A DNA stretch of 64,000 nucleotides. It comes from Spirochaetota bacterium (GTDB lineage Bacteria; Spirochaetota; UBA4802; JAFGDQ01). The position numbers were made by a program, and so were the translations under genes. The DNA lies in assembly GCA_043803405.1 (NCBI GenBank), contig JAZDKB010000009.1, positions 218,265-282,264 of the forward strand, in the 5' to 3' direction. The first letter of the stretch is position 1. Each line of letters opens with the position of its first letter. Shown here in pieces: positions 9,620 through 18,476 of this stretch. A model generated the notes under the pieces. It did not search any database and had not been told where the DNA came from. It worked only from the letters and a program-made list of their open reading frames with translations.

Positions 9620-10399
9620 ATGAACTACAAGACACTTAAGTATGAAGTAAAAGACGGAATTGCTTTTATAACCATAAACCGTCCCGATGTTCTTAATGCT
9701 TTAAATCCGGATGTGCTTAATGATCTGTTTTCCGCAAGCGCAGAAGCGGAAAAAGACAGCAATGCTAAAGTTGTTATTCTGACAGGCGAAGGGCGCTCCT
9801 TTGTGGCCGGTGCCGATATTGCAGCAATGAAGAATTACACTACACAACAGGCGCTTGCTTTCTCGAACCTCGGGCACAGCGTGATGAACTCTTTTGAAAA
9901 GATGTCCAAGCCTGTTATTGCGGCAGTAAACGGATTCGCCCTTGGCGGAGGGATGGAGCTCTCTATGGCATGCGATTTTATATATGCGTCGGACAAGGCA
10001 AAGTTCGGCCAGCCGGAGACCAACCTTGGCATTATGCCGGGCTTCGGGGGAAGCCAGAGGCTTGGGCACATTGTCGGCATTAACAAAGCACGCGAACTTA
10101 TTTATACATGCGATATTATAGACGCAAACGAAGCAAAGCGCATAGGGCTTGTATCTGAAGTTTACAAAGCAGAAGAGCTGATGAACAAAGTAATAGAAAG
10201 GGCAAAACTCATTATGACAAAAGCCCCGTGCGGCATCGCTGCATCAAAACGCGTAATGAACAAAGGGCTTGGAATAGGAATGGATGCAGCGCTCGAACTC
10301 GAGCAGCAGGCTTTCAGCGCTGTATTCGGCACAGAGGACAAACTTGAAGGCATAAGCGCGTTCGTTGAAAAACGCAAAGCTAATTTTAAGAATAAATAA
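9620..10399 (+). CDS. enoyl-CoA hydratase (crotonase)
   Basis: FVAGADI, NGFALGGGMEL, FGQPE.NLGIMPGFGGSQRL; both catalytic Glu present. Confidence 0.93.
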   Translation: MNYKTLKYEVKDGIAFITINRPDVLNALNPDVLNDLFSASAEAEKDSNAKVVILTGEGRSFVAGADIAAMKNYTTQQALAFSNLGHSVMNSFEKMSKPVIAAVNGFALGGGMELSMACDFIYASDKAKFGQPETNLGIMPGFGGSQRLGHIVGINKARELIYTCDIIDANEAKRIGLVSEVYKAEELMNKVIERAKLIMTKAPCGIAASKRVMNKGLGIGMDAALELEQQAFSAVFGTEDKLEGISAFVEKRKANFKNK

Positions 10400-10408
10400 A
10401 CAAACCAT

Positions 10409-10469
10409 ATACCAGGTAGAGACGCACGGCCGTGCGTCTCTACCTGGTATCCGTGCGTCTCTACCTGGT
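10409..10469. repeat. REP-like perfect 42-bp palindrome with a tandem duplicate of its right arm
   Basis: ATACCAGGTAGAGACGCACGG|CCGTGCGTCTCTACCTGGTAT (10409-10450), then CCGTGCGTCTCTACCTGGT (10451-10469), between convergent genes. Confidence 0.85.
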
Positions 10470-10475
10470 CATATA

Positions 10476-11864
10476 TTAAAATATCTTACCCGGGTTTAGA
10501 ATCCCATCCGGATCAAAGGCGGCTTTAATTCGTTTTGACAACTCAATTCCTTCCTCTGAAATTGCCAGTTCAAGATAATTTTTTTTTGTAAGCCCGATCC
10601 CATGTTCGCCTGTGATTGTGCCACCATAAGAAATCGCTTTCTGATAAATATATTTTTTTATAACAGGAACCAGCTCATTCCATTTGTCATCATCCATACT
10701 TTCTTTTAAAATATTGATGTGGCAATTCCCATCGCCTGCATGACCCCAGACGATCGAACGAAGCGATTTAGAATTTAAAAAATCTTTAATATCTTTAATA
10801 AATACCGGAATTTTTGATCGCGGTACAACAGAGTCTTCTCCGAAAAATATGCTGCTGGCATTTTTAACAGATTCCCTGACGGACCTTCGTGTTTTCCACA
10901 ATCTGTCTTTCTGGTTTTTTGACTCTGCTACGAGTATCTCGTATTTTGAATGAATCAGTTTATTCAGCCTGTCCAGATCGCTCATAATTTCTTCACGTGA
11001 TTCGCCGTCAAGCTGTATAAGAAGATGAGCACCCGCATTCTCGAACGGGATTTCCTCTTTCAGAAAATCCTTTACTGTTTTGATAGCATCTTTCTCCATG
11101 AATTCGATTGCTGAGGGGATAATGCGGTTCTGCAGCAGCACGGGCACAACACTCAGCGCTTCCTCAATGGAGTCAAAAGGGATCAGGAGATCGATCACAA
11201 CCGGAGGCGCAGGCACTAGCCTTAAATATATTTTTGTAACAACAGCGAGCGTGCCTTCGGAACCGACTATTATCCCGATAAAGTTATATCCAGCGGCATT
11301 CTTTACTATCTTGCCGCCAGTGTTAATTACTTCGCCGTTAGCAAGAACAAACTCCAGTCCTGTAACATAGTCTTTCGTTGTACCGTACTTGACTGCCCTC
11401 GGACCTCCCGCGCCTTCTGCAATATTGCCCCCGATCGAACATATATCAAGGCTCGCCGGATCGGGCGGGTACATGAGCCCGTGTTCCAGCGCGGCATCCT
11501 GCAATGTCTTTGTGATCACTCCGGGCTCCACGATTGCGAACATGTTTTCTCTGTCTATCTCGATTATCCTATTCATTTGTTCAACAGAAAGCACTACCCC
11601 GCCCTTCACCGGAATGGCGCCGCCTGTTACGCCTGTGCCCGCTCCCCGCGGTATTACAGGCACTCCGTATTTTGAGCAGATCACAAGCACCCTGCTAACA
11701 TCGCCGGTGCTCTTTGCGCGCACAACAACAGCCGGAAGCTGTGCCATGCCGGACGTTTCATCCCGCGAGTATTTATCCAGAATATCCGCATCAATAATGA
11801 TCTTGCCCCTGCCCAGCGACTCTGCAAGTTCATCCGTTGCCTTTTTTAAATTAGTTTTATTCAT
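10476..11864 (-). CDS. FAD-linked oxidase, GlcD/D-lactate dehydrogenase family
   Basis: PRGAGTGVTGG, YPPDPAS, GSEGTL, GHAGDGNCH, GEHGIG, LNPGKIF. Confidence 0.92.
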   Translation of the reverse strand: MNKTNLKKATDELAESLGRGKIIIDADILDKYSRDETSGMAQLPAVVVRAKSTGDVSRVLVICSKYGVPVIPRGAGTGVTGGAIPVKGGVVLSVEQMNRIIEIDRENMFAIVEPGVITKTLQDAALEHGLMYPPDPASLDICSIGGNIAEGAGGPRAVKYGTTKDYVTGLEFVLANGEVINTGGKIVKNAAGYNFIGIIVGSEGTLAVVTKIYLRLVPAPPVVIDLLIPFDSIEEALSVVPVLLQNRIIPSAIEFMEKDAIKTVKDFLKEEIPFENAGAHLLIQLDGESREEIMSDLDRLNKLIHSKYEILVAESKNQKDRLWKTRRSVRESVKNASSIFFGEDSVVPRSKIPVFIKDIKDFLNSKSLRSIVWGHAGDGNCHINILKESMDDDKWNELVPVIKKYIYQKAISYGGTITGEHGIGLTKKNYLELAISEEGIELSKRIKAAFDPDGILNPGKIF

Positions 11865-11972
11865 AATATTACTATTTCAGCCTGCTGGCAGGCATAAACA
11901 TGCCTGGGAAACATGCTTTTTGCTAATTTTTACTCTTTTTTGTCATAAAATGACCAATGGCACTATGTGCTC

Positions 11973-12815
11973 TTAAAAAAAATACACGTCAATAAATGTA
12001 CCGATAAACAATACTGGTGATATGAACATGTTGGCTTTAAAGAACTTTTTTACTGCATCTGCAACATTCCTGCTGCGCGCGAGTTTCTGCTGATATGCAA
12101 AGATGAGCGCCATGCAGAAAAGAGCGATCCAGAATGCAGCGCCCATCTGCGCCATCAGGCCTGCAGCTGAAAGGCTGGCAAGGGATAAAACGTAACAGCA
12201 GGCTGAAATGACTAGCGCCTTATCTTTCCCCATTGAAGACGGTATTGAATGCAGTTTTTCGGATTTGTCAAATTCAATATCCTGTATTGCGTAAACAATA
12301 TCGAGGCCTGCAATCCATGCCATTATTGTAATACCAAGAATAAAAGGCAGAATATTGAGCGAGCCTGTCACTGCAAAAAATCCGCCAACAGGAGCAGCTG
12401 CTTCAACAAATCCCAGGTAAAAATGCGAAGACGAAGAAAAGCGCTTAAAGAAAGAATATGTGAAAAGCAAAACGACAGCAGCAAATGAAAGATAAAAACA
12501 AAGCGCGTTAAGCATGTAAGCCGAAAAAATCAGGATTAGGCAGGAGGCGGCTGCGATGAGCCACACGGATAATTTAGACACTAAGCCCTGCGGCAAAAGC
12601 CTGTCTTTTGTGCGCGGATTCTTCGAGTCTATCTCAACATCCAGAACGCGGTTAAACGACATGCCCGCTGTTCTCGCAGCAGCAAGCGCAATCGTTACCC
12701 ATATCCATACAGATAGCTGCGCTTTCCCGGCGAACATAATTCCCAGATACGCGAAAGGCAAAGCGAACAGGGTCTGCTCTATCAGTATCAGTCTTCCAAA
12801 TGTCTTAAAATCCAT
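11973..12815 (-). CDS. mqnP: UbiA-family prenyltransferase, futalosine pathway (MqnP-like)
   Basis: TLFALPFAY, ARTAGMSFNR..D..ID.KNPRT, DIVYAIQD; overlaps the UbiD-family gene. Confidence 0.8.
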   Translation of the reverse strand: MDFKTFGRLILIEQTLFALPFAYLGIMFAGKAQLSVWIWVTIALAAARTAGMSFNRVLDVEIDSKNPRTKDRLLPQGLVSKLSVWLIAAASCLILIFSAYMLNALCFYLSFAAVVLLFTYSFFKRFSSSSHFYLGFVEAAAPVGGFFAVTGSLNILPFILGITIMAWIAGLDIVYAIQDIEFDKSEKLHSIPSSMGKDKALVISACCYVLSLASLSAAGLMAQMGAAFWIALFCMALIFAYQQKLARSRNVADAVKKFFKANMFISPVLFIGTFIDVYFF

Positions 12816-14247
12816 ATTCCTTCCAGCGGGCAGTAACTTTTTGCATAATATTATCCGACATTTTTATTTCTTCCGGCCACTCCCTGCCCATGCCCTCTTC
12901 CTTTGTTTTACGCGTAGCGTCTATTCCCATCTTTCCCCCGAAATTCGGATACGGAGCAGAATGATCCAGGGCATCAAGCGGCCCCTCGGAAAAGACGAGA
13001 TCCCTTCGCGGGTCAACATTATTAAGGAGCTTCCATACAACAGTCGAAGAATCACGAAGATCAATGTCCCTGTCAAACACAGCGATAAACTTGGTAGACG
13101 ACATCTGCCCAAGCCCCCACAGAGCATGAATGGCTTTCTTTGCCTGCCCGGGGAATTTTTTATCGATAGATACAAGGGCGCAGTTATGGAACACGCCTTC
13201 CATCGGAAGTTCAATGTCAACAATCTCCGGCACAATCATTTTTATCATAGGCAGGAAAATGCGCTCTGTGGCCTTGGCCATGTAGCAGTCTTCCATAGGA
13301 GGCTTCCCTACAATAGTCGCAGGATAAACAGCATCGCTCCTGTATGTAATGCAGTTTACGTGAAACACGGGATAAACATCCTTAGGAGAATAAAAACCCG
13401 TATGATCTCCGAAAGGTCCTTCAATGCGTGTCTCTTCAGGATCAACGTATCCTTCAATAACAAAATCGGACTCGGCAGGCACCATGAGATCAACGGTCTT
13501 TGCCTTCACAAGCTCAACAGCACGCGAGTTAAGAAAACCGGCGAACATGAACTCATCGATGTTCGGAGGCAACGGCGCAGTTGCAGCGTACGTAACAGCA
13601 GGTGAGCCGCCGAGAGCAACGGCAACGTCCATCCGTTTACCGGCGTTCCTGTACCTGGAAAAATGATTCGCGCCATCCTTATTGTACTGCCAGTGCATAC
13701 CTGTTGTTGCTTTATCGTATTTATGCATTCTGTACATGCCCGCATTCTGGATACCATTATCCGGGTCCTTTGTAATTACGATCGGGAACGTAACAAAGGG
13801 GCCGCCGTCATGCGGCCAGCAGGTAAGGATTGGAATTGCATCGAGCAAAGCTGAAGCGGTATCCAGCATTTTCTCCTGGCACGGCGCATGCTTAACTGTT
13901 TTAGGAAGAAAATCCGCGATTTCCTTAAGACTCAAAAGCATCTTAATTTTATCGGTCAGCCCAGCAGGCGGCTGCATTTTCATGTACGACTCAATTCTCT
14001 TTGCAATATCTTCAAATGAATTGCAGTTCAGGGCCATCTGCATGCGTTCATAGCTCCCGAAAGCATTTATCAATAACGGGAAAGATGAGCCCTTAACTTT
14101 TTCGAACAGAAGCGCAGGCCCGTTCTGTTTGCTGACGCGGTCTGCTATTTCCGTGATCTCGAGCAGAGGATCGGCCTCTGCCGTAATCCTTTTAAGCTCT
14201 CCCCTGGCATCGAGTGCGTTTATAAATTCTCTTATGTTCTTATACAT
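12805..14247 (-). CDS. mqnL: UbiD-family menaquinone biosynthesis decarboxylase (MqnL-like)
   Basis: LEITEIADR, EGPFGDHTGFY, GKPPMED, LDALDH, GGKMGIDAT. Confidence 0.85.
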   Translation of the reverse strand: MYKNIREFINALDARGELKRITAEADPLLEITEIADRVSKQNGPALLFEKVKGSSFPLLINAFGSYERMQMALNCNSFEDIAKRIESYMKMQPPAGLTDKIKMLLSLKEIADFLPKTVKHAPCQEKMLDTASALLDAIPILTCWPHDGGPFVTFPIVITKDPDNGIQNAGMYRMHKYDKATTGMHWQYNKDGANHFSRYRNAGKRMDVAVALGGSPAVTYAATAPLPPNIDEFMFAGFLNSRAVELVKAKTVDLMVPAESDFVIEGYVDPEETRIEGPFGDHTGFYSPKDVYPVFHVNCITYRSDAVYPATIVGKPPMEDCYMAKATERIFLPMIKMIVPEIVDIELPMEGVFHNCALVSIDKKFPGQAKKAIHALWGLGQMSSTKFIAVFDRDIDLRDSSTVVWKLLNNVDPRRDLVFSEGPLDALDHSAPYPNFGGKMGIDATRKTKEEGMGREWPEEIKMSDNIMQKVTARWKEYGF

Positions 14248-14284
14248 TTGTTTTTAAGTATGATAATTCAATAAATTTTAATAT

Positions 14285-14475
14285 TGTGTCCTAAAACCTC
14301 TGCAAAGAGATAGACAATCTTCGGACATATCATAAATTATTTTTATTTTCGAGGACTGTCTGAGGCCGAAGGCCGAGTTCCGCAGGAAATTAAAATAATT
14401 TATGATATGTCCATAATATAGATAATGTGTATCATATAGAATATTCTATAATAATAAAGGTTTTAGTACGCGCTC
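14285..14475. mobile_element. putative MITE-like element with degenerate TIRs and a long internal hairpin (14323-14412)
   Basis: Ends TGTGTCCTAAAACC / GGTTTTAGTACGCGCTC resemble the ends of the 37754-37824 element; internal IR GGACATATCATAAATTATTT...AAATAATTTATGATATGTCC. Confidence 0.5.
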
Positions 14476-14654
14476 CTAATGTTATTCTTACTTGAACCGA
14501 TCTAAGCCCGGCTTGTCAATCAGAAATGAAAATATATTTAATAAATACATCTTTTAGATAAAGCATAGTTATTGACTTTTTAAATTAAATCATCTAAACA
14601 TGTTCCCAAAAGAATGTTAAGTAAATTCAATAAAATTTAAAAGGAGAAATTCTT

Positions 14655-15077
14655 ATGAAAAGATTTCTTATTGCCGTACTGGCGACAGCTTTCTTTGTAA
14701 CAGCCCTGGTAGCAGCACCGAATAAAATGAAAGAAGGTAAATGGGAAATAACGATGAGCATGAACATGCAGGGTATGCCGTTTGCAATGCCTCCTGTTAC
14801 TCATACACAATGCATCACTAAAAAAGACCTGGAAGATAATAAAAAAACTCTTCCGGCAGCAGGGAAGAGCGAAAATTGCGAAATAAAAGACTATAAAATA
14901 AGCGGAAATACTGTAACGTGGAAAACAGTATGCAAAGACGGAACCAAAGGCAGCGGTGAAATTACTTATAAAGGAGATTCGTATTCAGGGACAATGACAA
15001 TGGAAACTGTAGATAAAAAAGGGAATAAATCCGTTATAAACTATAAAATAAAAGGACGCCGTCTGGGCGACTGCTAA
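14655..15077 (+). CDS. secreted DUF3617-like protein
   Basis: Signal peptide; GKWEIT, QCIT, C..K.....GNTVTW...C, G.RLGDC pattern. Confidence 0.75.
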   Translation: MKRFLIAVLATAFFVTALVAAPNKMKEGKWEITMSMNMQGMPFAMPPVTHTQCITKKDLEDNKKTLPAAGKSENCEIKDYKISGNTVTWKTVCKDGTKGSGEITYKGDSYSGTMTMETVDKKGNKSVINYKIKGRRLGDC

Positions 15078-15090
15078 TAATTGCTTTAAC

Positions 15091-15124
15091 AAAAAAAGCG
15101 GGGATAACAATCCCGCTTTTTTTA
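15091..15124. terminator. bidirectional intrinsic terminator
   Basis: A7-GCGGG...CCCGC-T8 between convergent genes. Confidence 0.85.
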
Positions 15125-15148
15125 TAAAAACAAAACAATCAATAAATA

Positions 15149-15955
15149 TTATTTTGACTTTACTATTTCTTCTATAAATTTAATAACAGGCTGATCGCCT
15201 GCCTTAGTAGTATAAACCTGAACAGGTGAATAAATAAAGTTAAGGATTTCTCCGGATTTAATCTTTTCTTTAAATAAAGGAATATTTTCTTTATTTGCAA
15301 TAATATATACATTATTCTTTCCGGTTTTAGTTGTAAGCAGTATAAGCCTGTCCCCGGCTTCAGTATTATCCTTTAAAGAAGAAGGAATCTTATACATCTT
15401 TTTAGGATATAATGAACCCTGAAACATCTTCCCCTGCAGCGATTTATAATCATTAATTAATTGTTTATATGTTGCTCTAGGAATTATACTGTAATCGAAA
15501 GAAGGAATTTTATCCGGATTTAAGACAGGTATTCCGGTTGTAATAGCCTGGGAACCTTCTATAGTATCCTGCCTTGATGCTATTTTATCGCCTTCAAGTT
15601 TAATTATTACAAATTCCTGCGTATCATAAGTAGTATTTTCGACTTTTTCCGCAACATTTTCCGTTCCCGGCTCTGTCAATATTCCTATTTCCCTTACCAC
15701 AATACCATTGCCGCCCTTTTTCCTTGCATAATTTTTTGCGTCTTCGATCCTTTTTTCGGTTTTCCCGCCCCTAACGCGAAGCAAGCCTATCTCCTGATAT
15801 TTTTGGGCCGGTTTTATATTATTAAACACCTCTATTTCTTCATTATCTCCAAGCGGTGAAAATTCATTTCCTGTTTTTATGAATTCTGCGCTTGTACAGG
15901 AGAATAATATACCGGAGATGCATAAGAAAAATAAAAACTTAAACATTCTTTGCAT
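15149..15955 (-). CDS. hypothetical lipoprotein
   Basis: Lipobox-like ILFSC after a hydrophobic leader. Confidence 0.65.
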   Translation of the reverse strand: MQRMFKFLFFLCISGILFSCTSAEFIKTGNEFSPLGDNEEIEVFNNIKPAQKYQEIGLLRVRGGKTEKRIEDAKNYARKKGGNGIVVREIGILTEPGTENVAEKVENTTYDTQEFVIIKLEGDKIASRQDTIEGSQAITTGIPVLNPDKIPSFDYSIIPRATYKQLINDYKSLQGKMFQGSLYPKKMYKIPSSLKDNTEAGDRLILLTTKTGKNNVYIIANKENIPLFKEKIKSGEILNFIYSPVQVYTTKAGDQPVIKFIEEIVKSK

Positions 15956-16376
15956 GCTGACCTCGTTTAATATATGAGAAATATATTTTTTCCAAAAAAA
16001 ATTTACTTTTTAATAAAAAACGTCTTTCCTTAATTTAAAATATCGGCTGTAATCTTTAAAAATTCAAGTTAAACATTTTTAGCTGTTTTTTATCTATAAT
16101 TAAATTTTTTTTTATTTTCCCCTTGACTTTTATGCTATTCCGGCCAATCTGTGTAAAAATATTGCTTTTTTAAAGATGTCCTCATTACCTTTTTTTAACA
16201 AGTAATATATTCAATATTACTCTTTTAAAAGGCATAATAAAATCAATTTTAATTCATCCTAAACTGACTTTCTTGAAGGCATTTTTTTATATTTAACGGG
16301 ATGTTTAGTTTTAAACAAAACAAGCAAATATTGATCATCAATATTTATATAATTAATAATTCCAAGGAGAAGTAAT

Positions 16377-18374
16377 ATGGCTGAAGTTACTCTTAAAGAA
16401 ATTTACAAGGTTCCGGAAAAGTTCAGACAAGGGGCATATATAAAAAGCCGCGCGGAATACGATAAGATGTATAAGGAATCGGTTGAAAATCCCGATGCTT
16501 TCTGGAAAAAAATTGCGGAACAAGAACTAACATGGTTCAAAAAATTTGACAAAGTAAGCGACTGCAACTTTGGCAAAACTGCAAAAGATCTCAGAGTGAA
16601 ATGGTTTTTAAACGGCAAAATAAACGTTTCCTATAACTGCCTTGATCGTCAACTTGAAAAAAGAGGAAATCAGGTAGCTATTATATGGGAAGGCAATGAT
16701 CCATCAGAAAGTAAAAAATTCACCTACAAGCAACTTCACGAGCAGGTCTGCAAATTCGCGAATGTTTTAAAAGCTAACGGAGTTAAAAAAGGAGAAAGAG
16801 TAACCTTCTTCCTGCCAATGATTCCTGAACTTGCAATCGGTATTCTTGCCTGCACAAGAATAGGCGCGATCCATTCGGTTGTATTCGGCGGATTCTCTGC
16901 TGAAGCTCTAAGAGACAGAATCATAGACGCAGATAGCCATTACCTGGTATCCTGCGACGGAACATTCAGAGGCGCAAAGGCTGTTCCTCAAAAAGATAAT
17001 GCAGACAAAGCTCTTGCAGAATGCCCGAACGTAAAACTTCACATAGTTGTAGAAAGAGTTGGGAAAGGCAAAGGCGTAGAATGCAAATGGAATCCTAAAA
17101 CCGACAAATGGTATCATGAAGAAATGGCAAAAGTTGATGCAAAATGTGAAGCTGAGCAGATGGATTCAGAAGATCCTCTATTTATTCTCTACACATCCGG
17201 TTCAACAGGAAAGCCAAAAGGCGTAATGCACACAACCGCAGGATATCTGCTATTTGCAGCATATACCCACAAAATGGTCTTCGATTATCATGACGGCGAT
17301 ATTTACTGGTGTACAGCAGACGTAGGCTGGGTAACAGGACATTCATACATAGTTTACGGCCCATTATGCAATGGAGCAACCTCAATTATGTTTGAAGGCG
17401 TTCCAAACTATCCGGATCCAGGCAGATTCTGGGCAATAGTTGAAAAATACAAAGTAAACACTTTCTACACAGCTCCAACAGCTATCAGAGCTATTGCAAA
17501 AGAAGGTGATTCTTGGGTAGATAAACATGATATTTCCTCATTAAAACTTCTCGGATCTGTAGGCGAGCCTCTTAATCCTGAAGCATGGAACTGGTATTAT
17601 ATGAAAATAGGCAGAGGCGAGTGCCCAATCAGTGACACATGGTGGCAGACAGAAACAGGCGGACATCTTATTACTCCGCTGCCAGGCGCCATAGATATTA
17701 AACCTGCAATGGCAACAGTCCCGTTCTTCGGAGTGCAGCCTACAATAGTTGACGACGGAAATACTGAAATAAAAGGTGTAGGTGAAGGAGCCCTTTGCAT
17801 AAACGCATCATGGCCCGGAATGATGAGAGGAGTATACGGCGATAAAGGCAATGAAACCTTCTTCGCTAAATATTTCGAACAATTCCCTGGCCGCTACTTC
17901 TCAGGTGACGGCGCAAAGAGAGACAAAGACGGTTACTATCAGATAACCGGCCGTGTTGACGACGTTATTAACGTATCCGGTCACAGAATGGGAACAGCTG
18001 AAATCGAGTCTGCTCTTGTATCCAATAAAAAAGTTGCTGAAGCTGCAGTTGTCGGATATCCACATGCAATCAAAGGAACTTCAATATACGCATTTGTTAC
18101 ATTAAAGACAGGCGTTCCGAAAACAGAGGAACTGAAGAAAGAACTCATTGCAACAGTAAGAACAGTTTTAGGCCCCATTGCAACTCCTGAACTTATTCAG
18201 TGGGCGGATGGACTACCGAAAACACGTTCCGGCAAGATCATGAGAAGAATTTTAAAGAAAGTTGCTGCTGCCGATTTCGACCCGAAAGGAATGGGAGATA
18301 TTTCAACTCTTGCCGACCCGGCAGTTGTTGAAGTTTTAATTAGCGGAGCAAAAGAAACTCAAAAGATTAAATAA
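16377..18374 (+). CDS. acs: acetyl-CoA synthetase (AMP-forming)
   Basis: [42 protein letters not shown]. Confidence 0.97.
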   Translation: MAEVTLKEIYKVPEKFRQGAYIKSRAEYDKMYKESVENPDAFWKKIAEQELTWFKKFDKVSDCNFGKTAKDLRVKWFLNGKINVSYNCLDRQLEKRGNQVAIIWEGNDPSESKKFTYKQLHEQVCKFANVLKANGVKKGERVTFFLPMIPELAIGILACTRIGAIHSVVFGGFSAEALRDRIIDADSHYLVSCDGTFRGAKAVPQKDNADKALAECPNVKLHIVVERVGKGKGVECKWNPKTDKWYHEEMAKVDAKCEAEQMDSEDPLFILYTSGSTGKPKGVMHTTAGYLLFAAYTHKMVFDYHDGDIYWCTADVGWVTGHSYIVYGPLCNGATSIMFEGVPNYPDPGRFWAIVEKYKVNTFYTAPTAIRAIAKEGDSWVDKHDISSLKLLGSVGEPLNPEAWNWYYMKIGRGECPISDTWWQTETGGHLITPLPGAIDIKPAMATVPFFGVQPTIVDDGNTEIKGVGEGALCINASWPGMMRGVYGDKGNETFFAKYFEQFPGRYFSGDGAKRDKDGYYQITGRVDDVINVSGHRMGTAEIESALVSNKKVAEAAVVGYPHAIKGTSIYAFVTLKTGVPKTEELKKELIATVRTVLGPIATPELIQWADGLPKTRSGKIMRRILKKVAAADFDPKGMGDISTLADPAVVEVLISGAKETQKIK

Positions 18375-18407
18375 GCACCACTGGTTCTTTTTAACAATGT
18401 TTAAAAT

Positions 18408-18441
18408 AAAAAAAGCGGGATATAAAAATCCCGCTTTTTTT
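18408..18441. terminator. bidirectional intrinsic terminator
   Basis: A7-GCGGGAT...ATCCCGC-T7. Confidence 0.85.
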
Positions 18442-18476
18442 ATGCTTTTTGAGGATGTATTGCTACTGCCGTAGTT

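Noticed and set aside
12556..13605. 349-aa plus-strand ORF
   Set aside because: Antisense to the well-supported mqnL/mqnP genes
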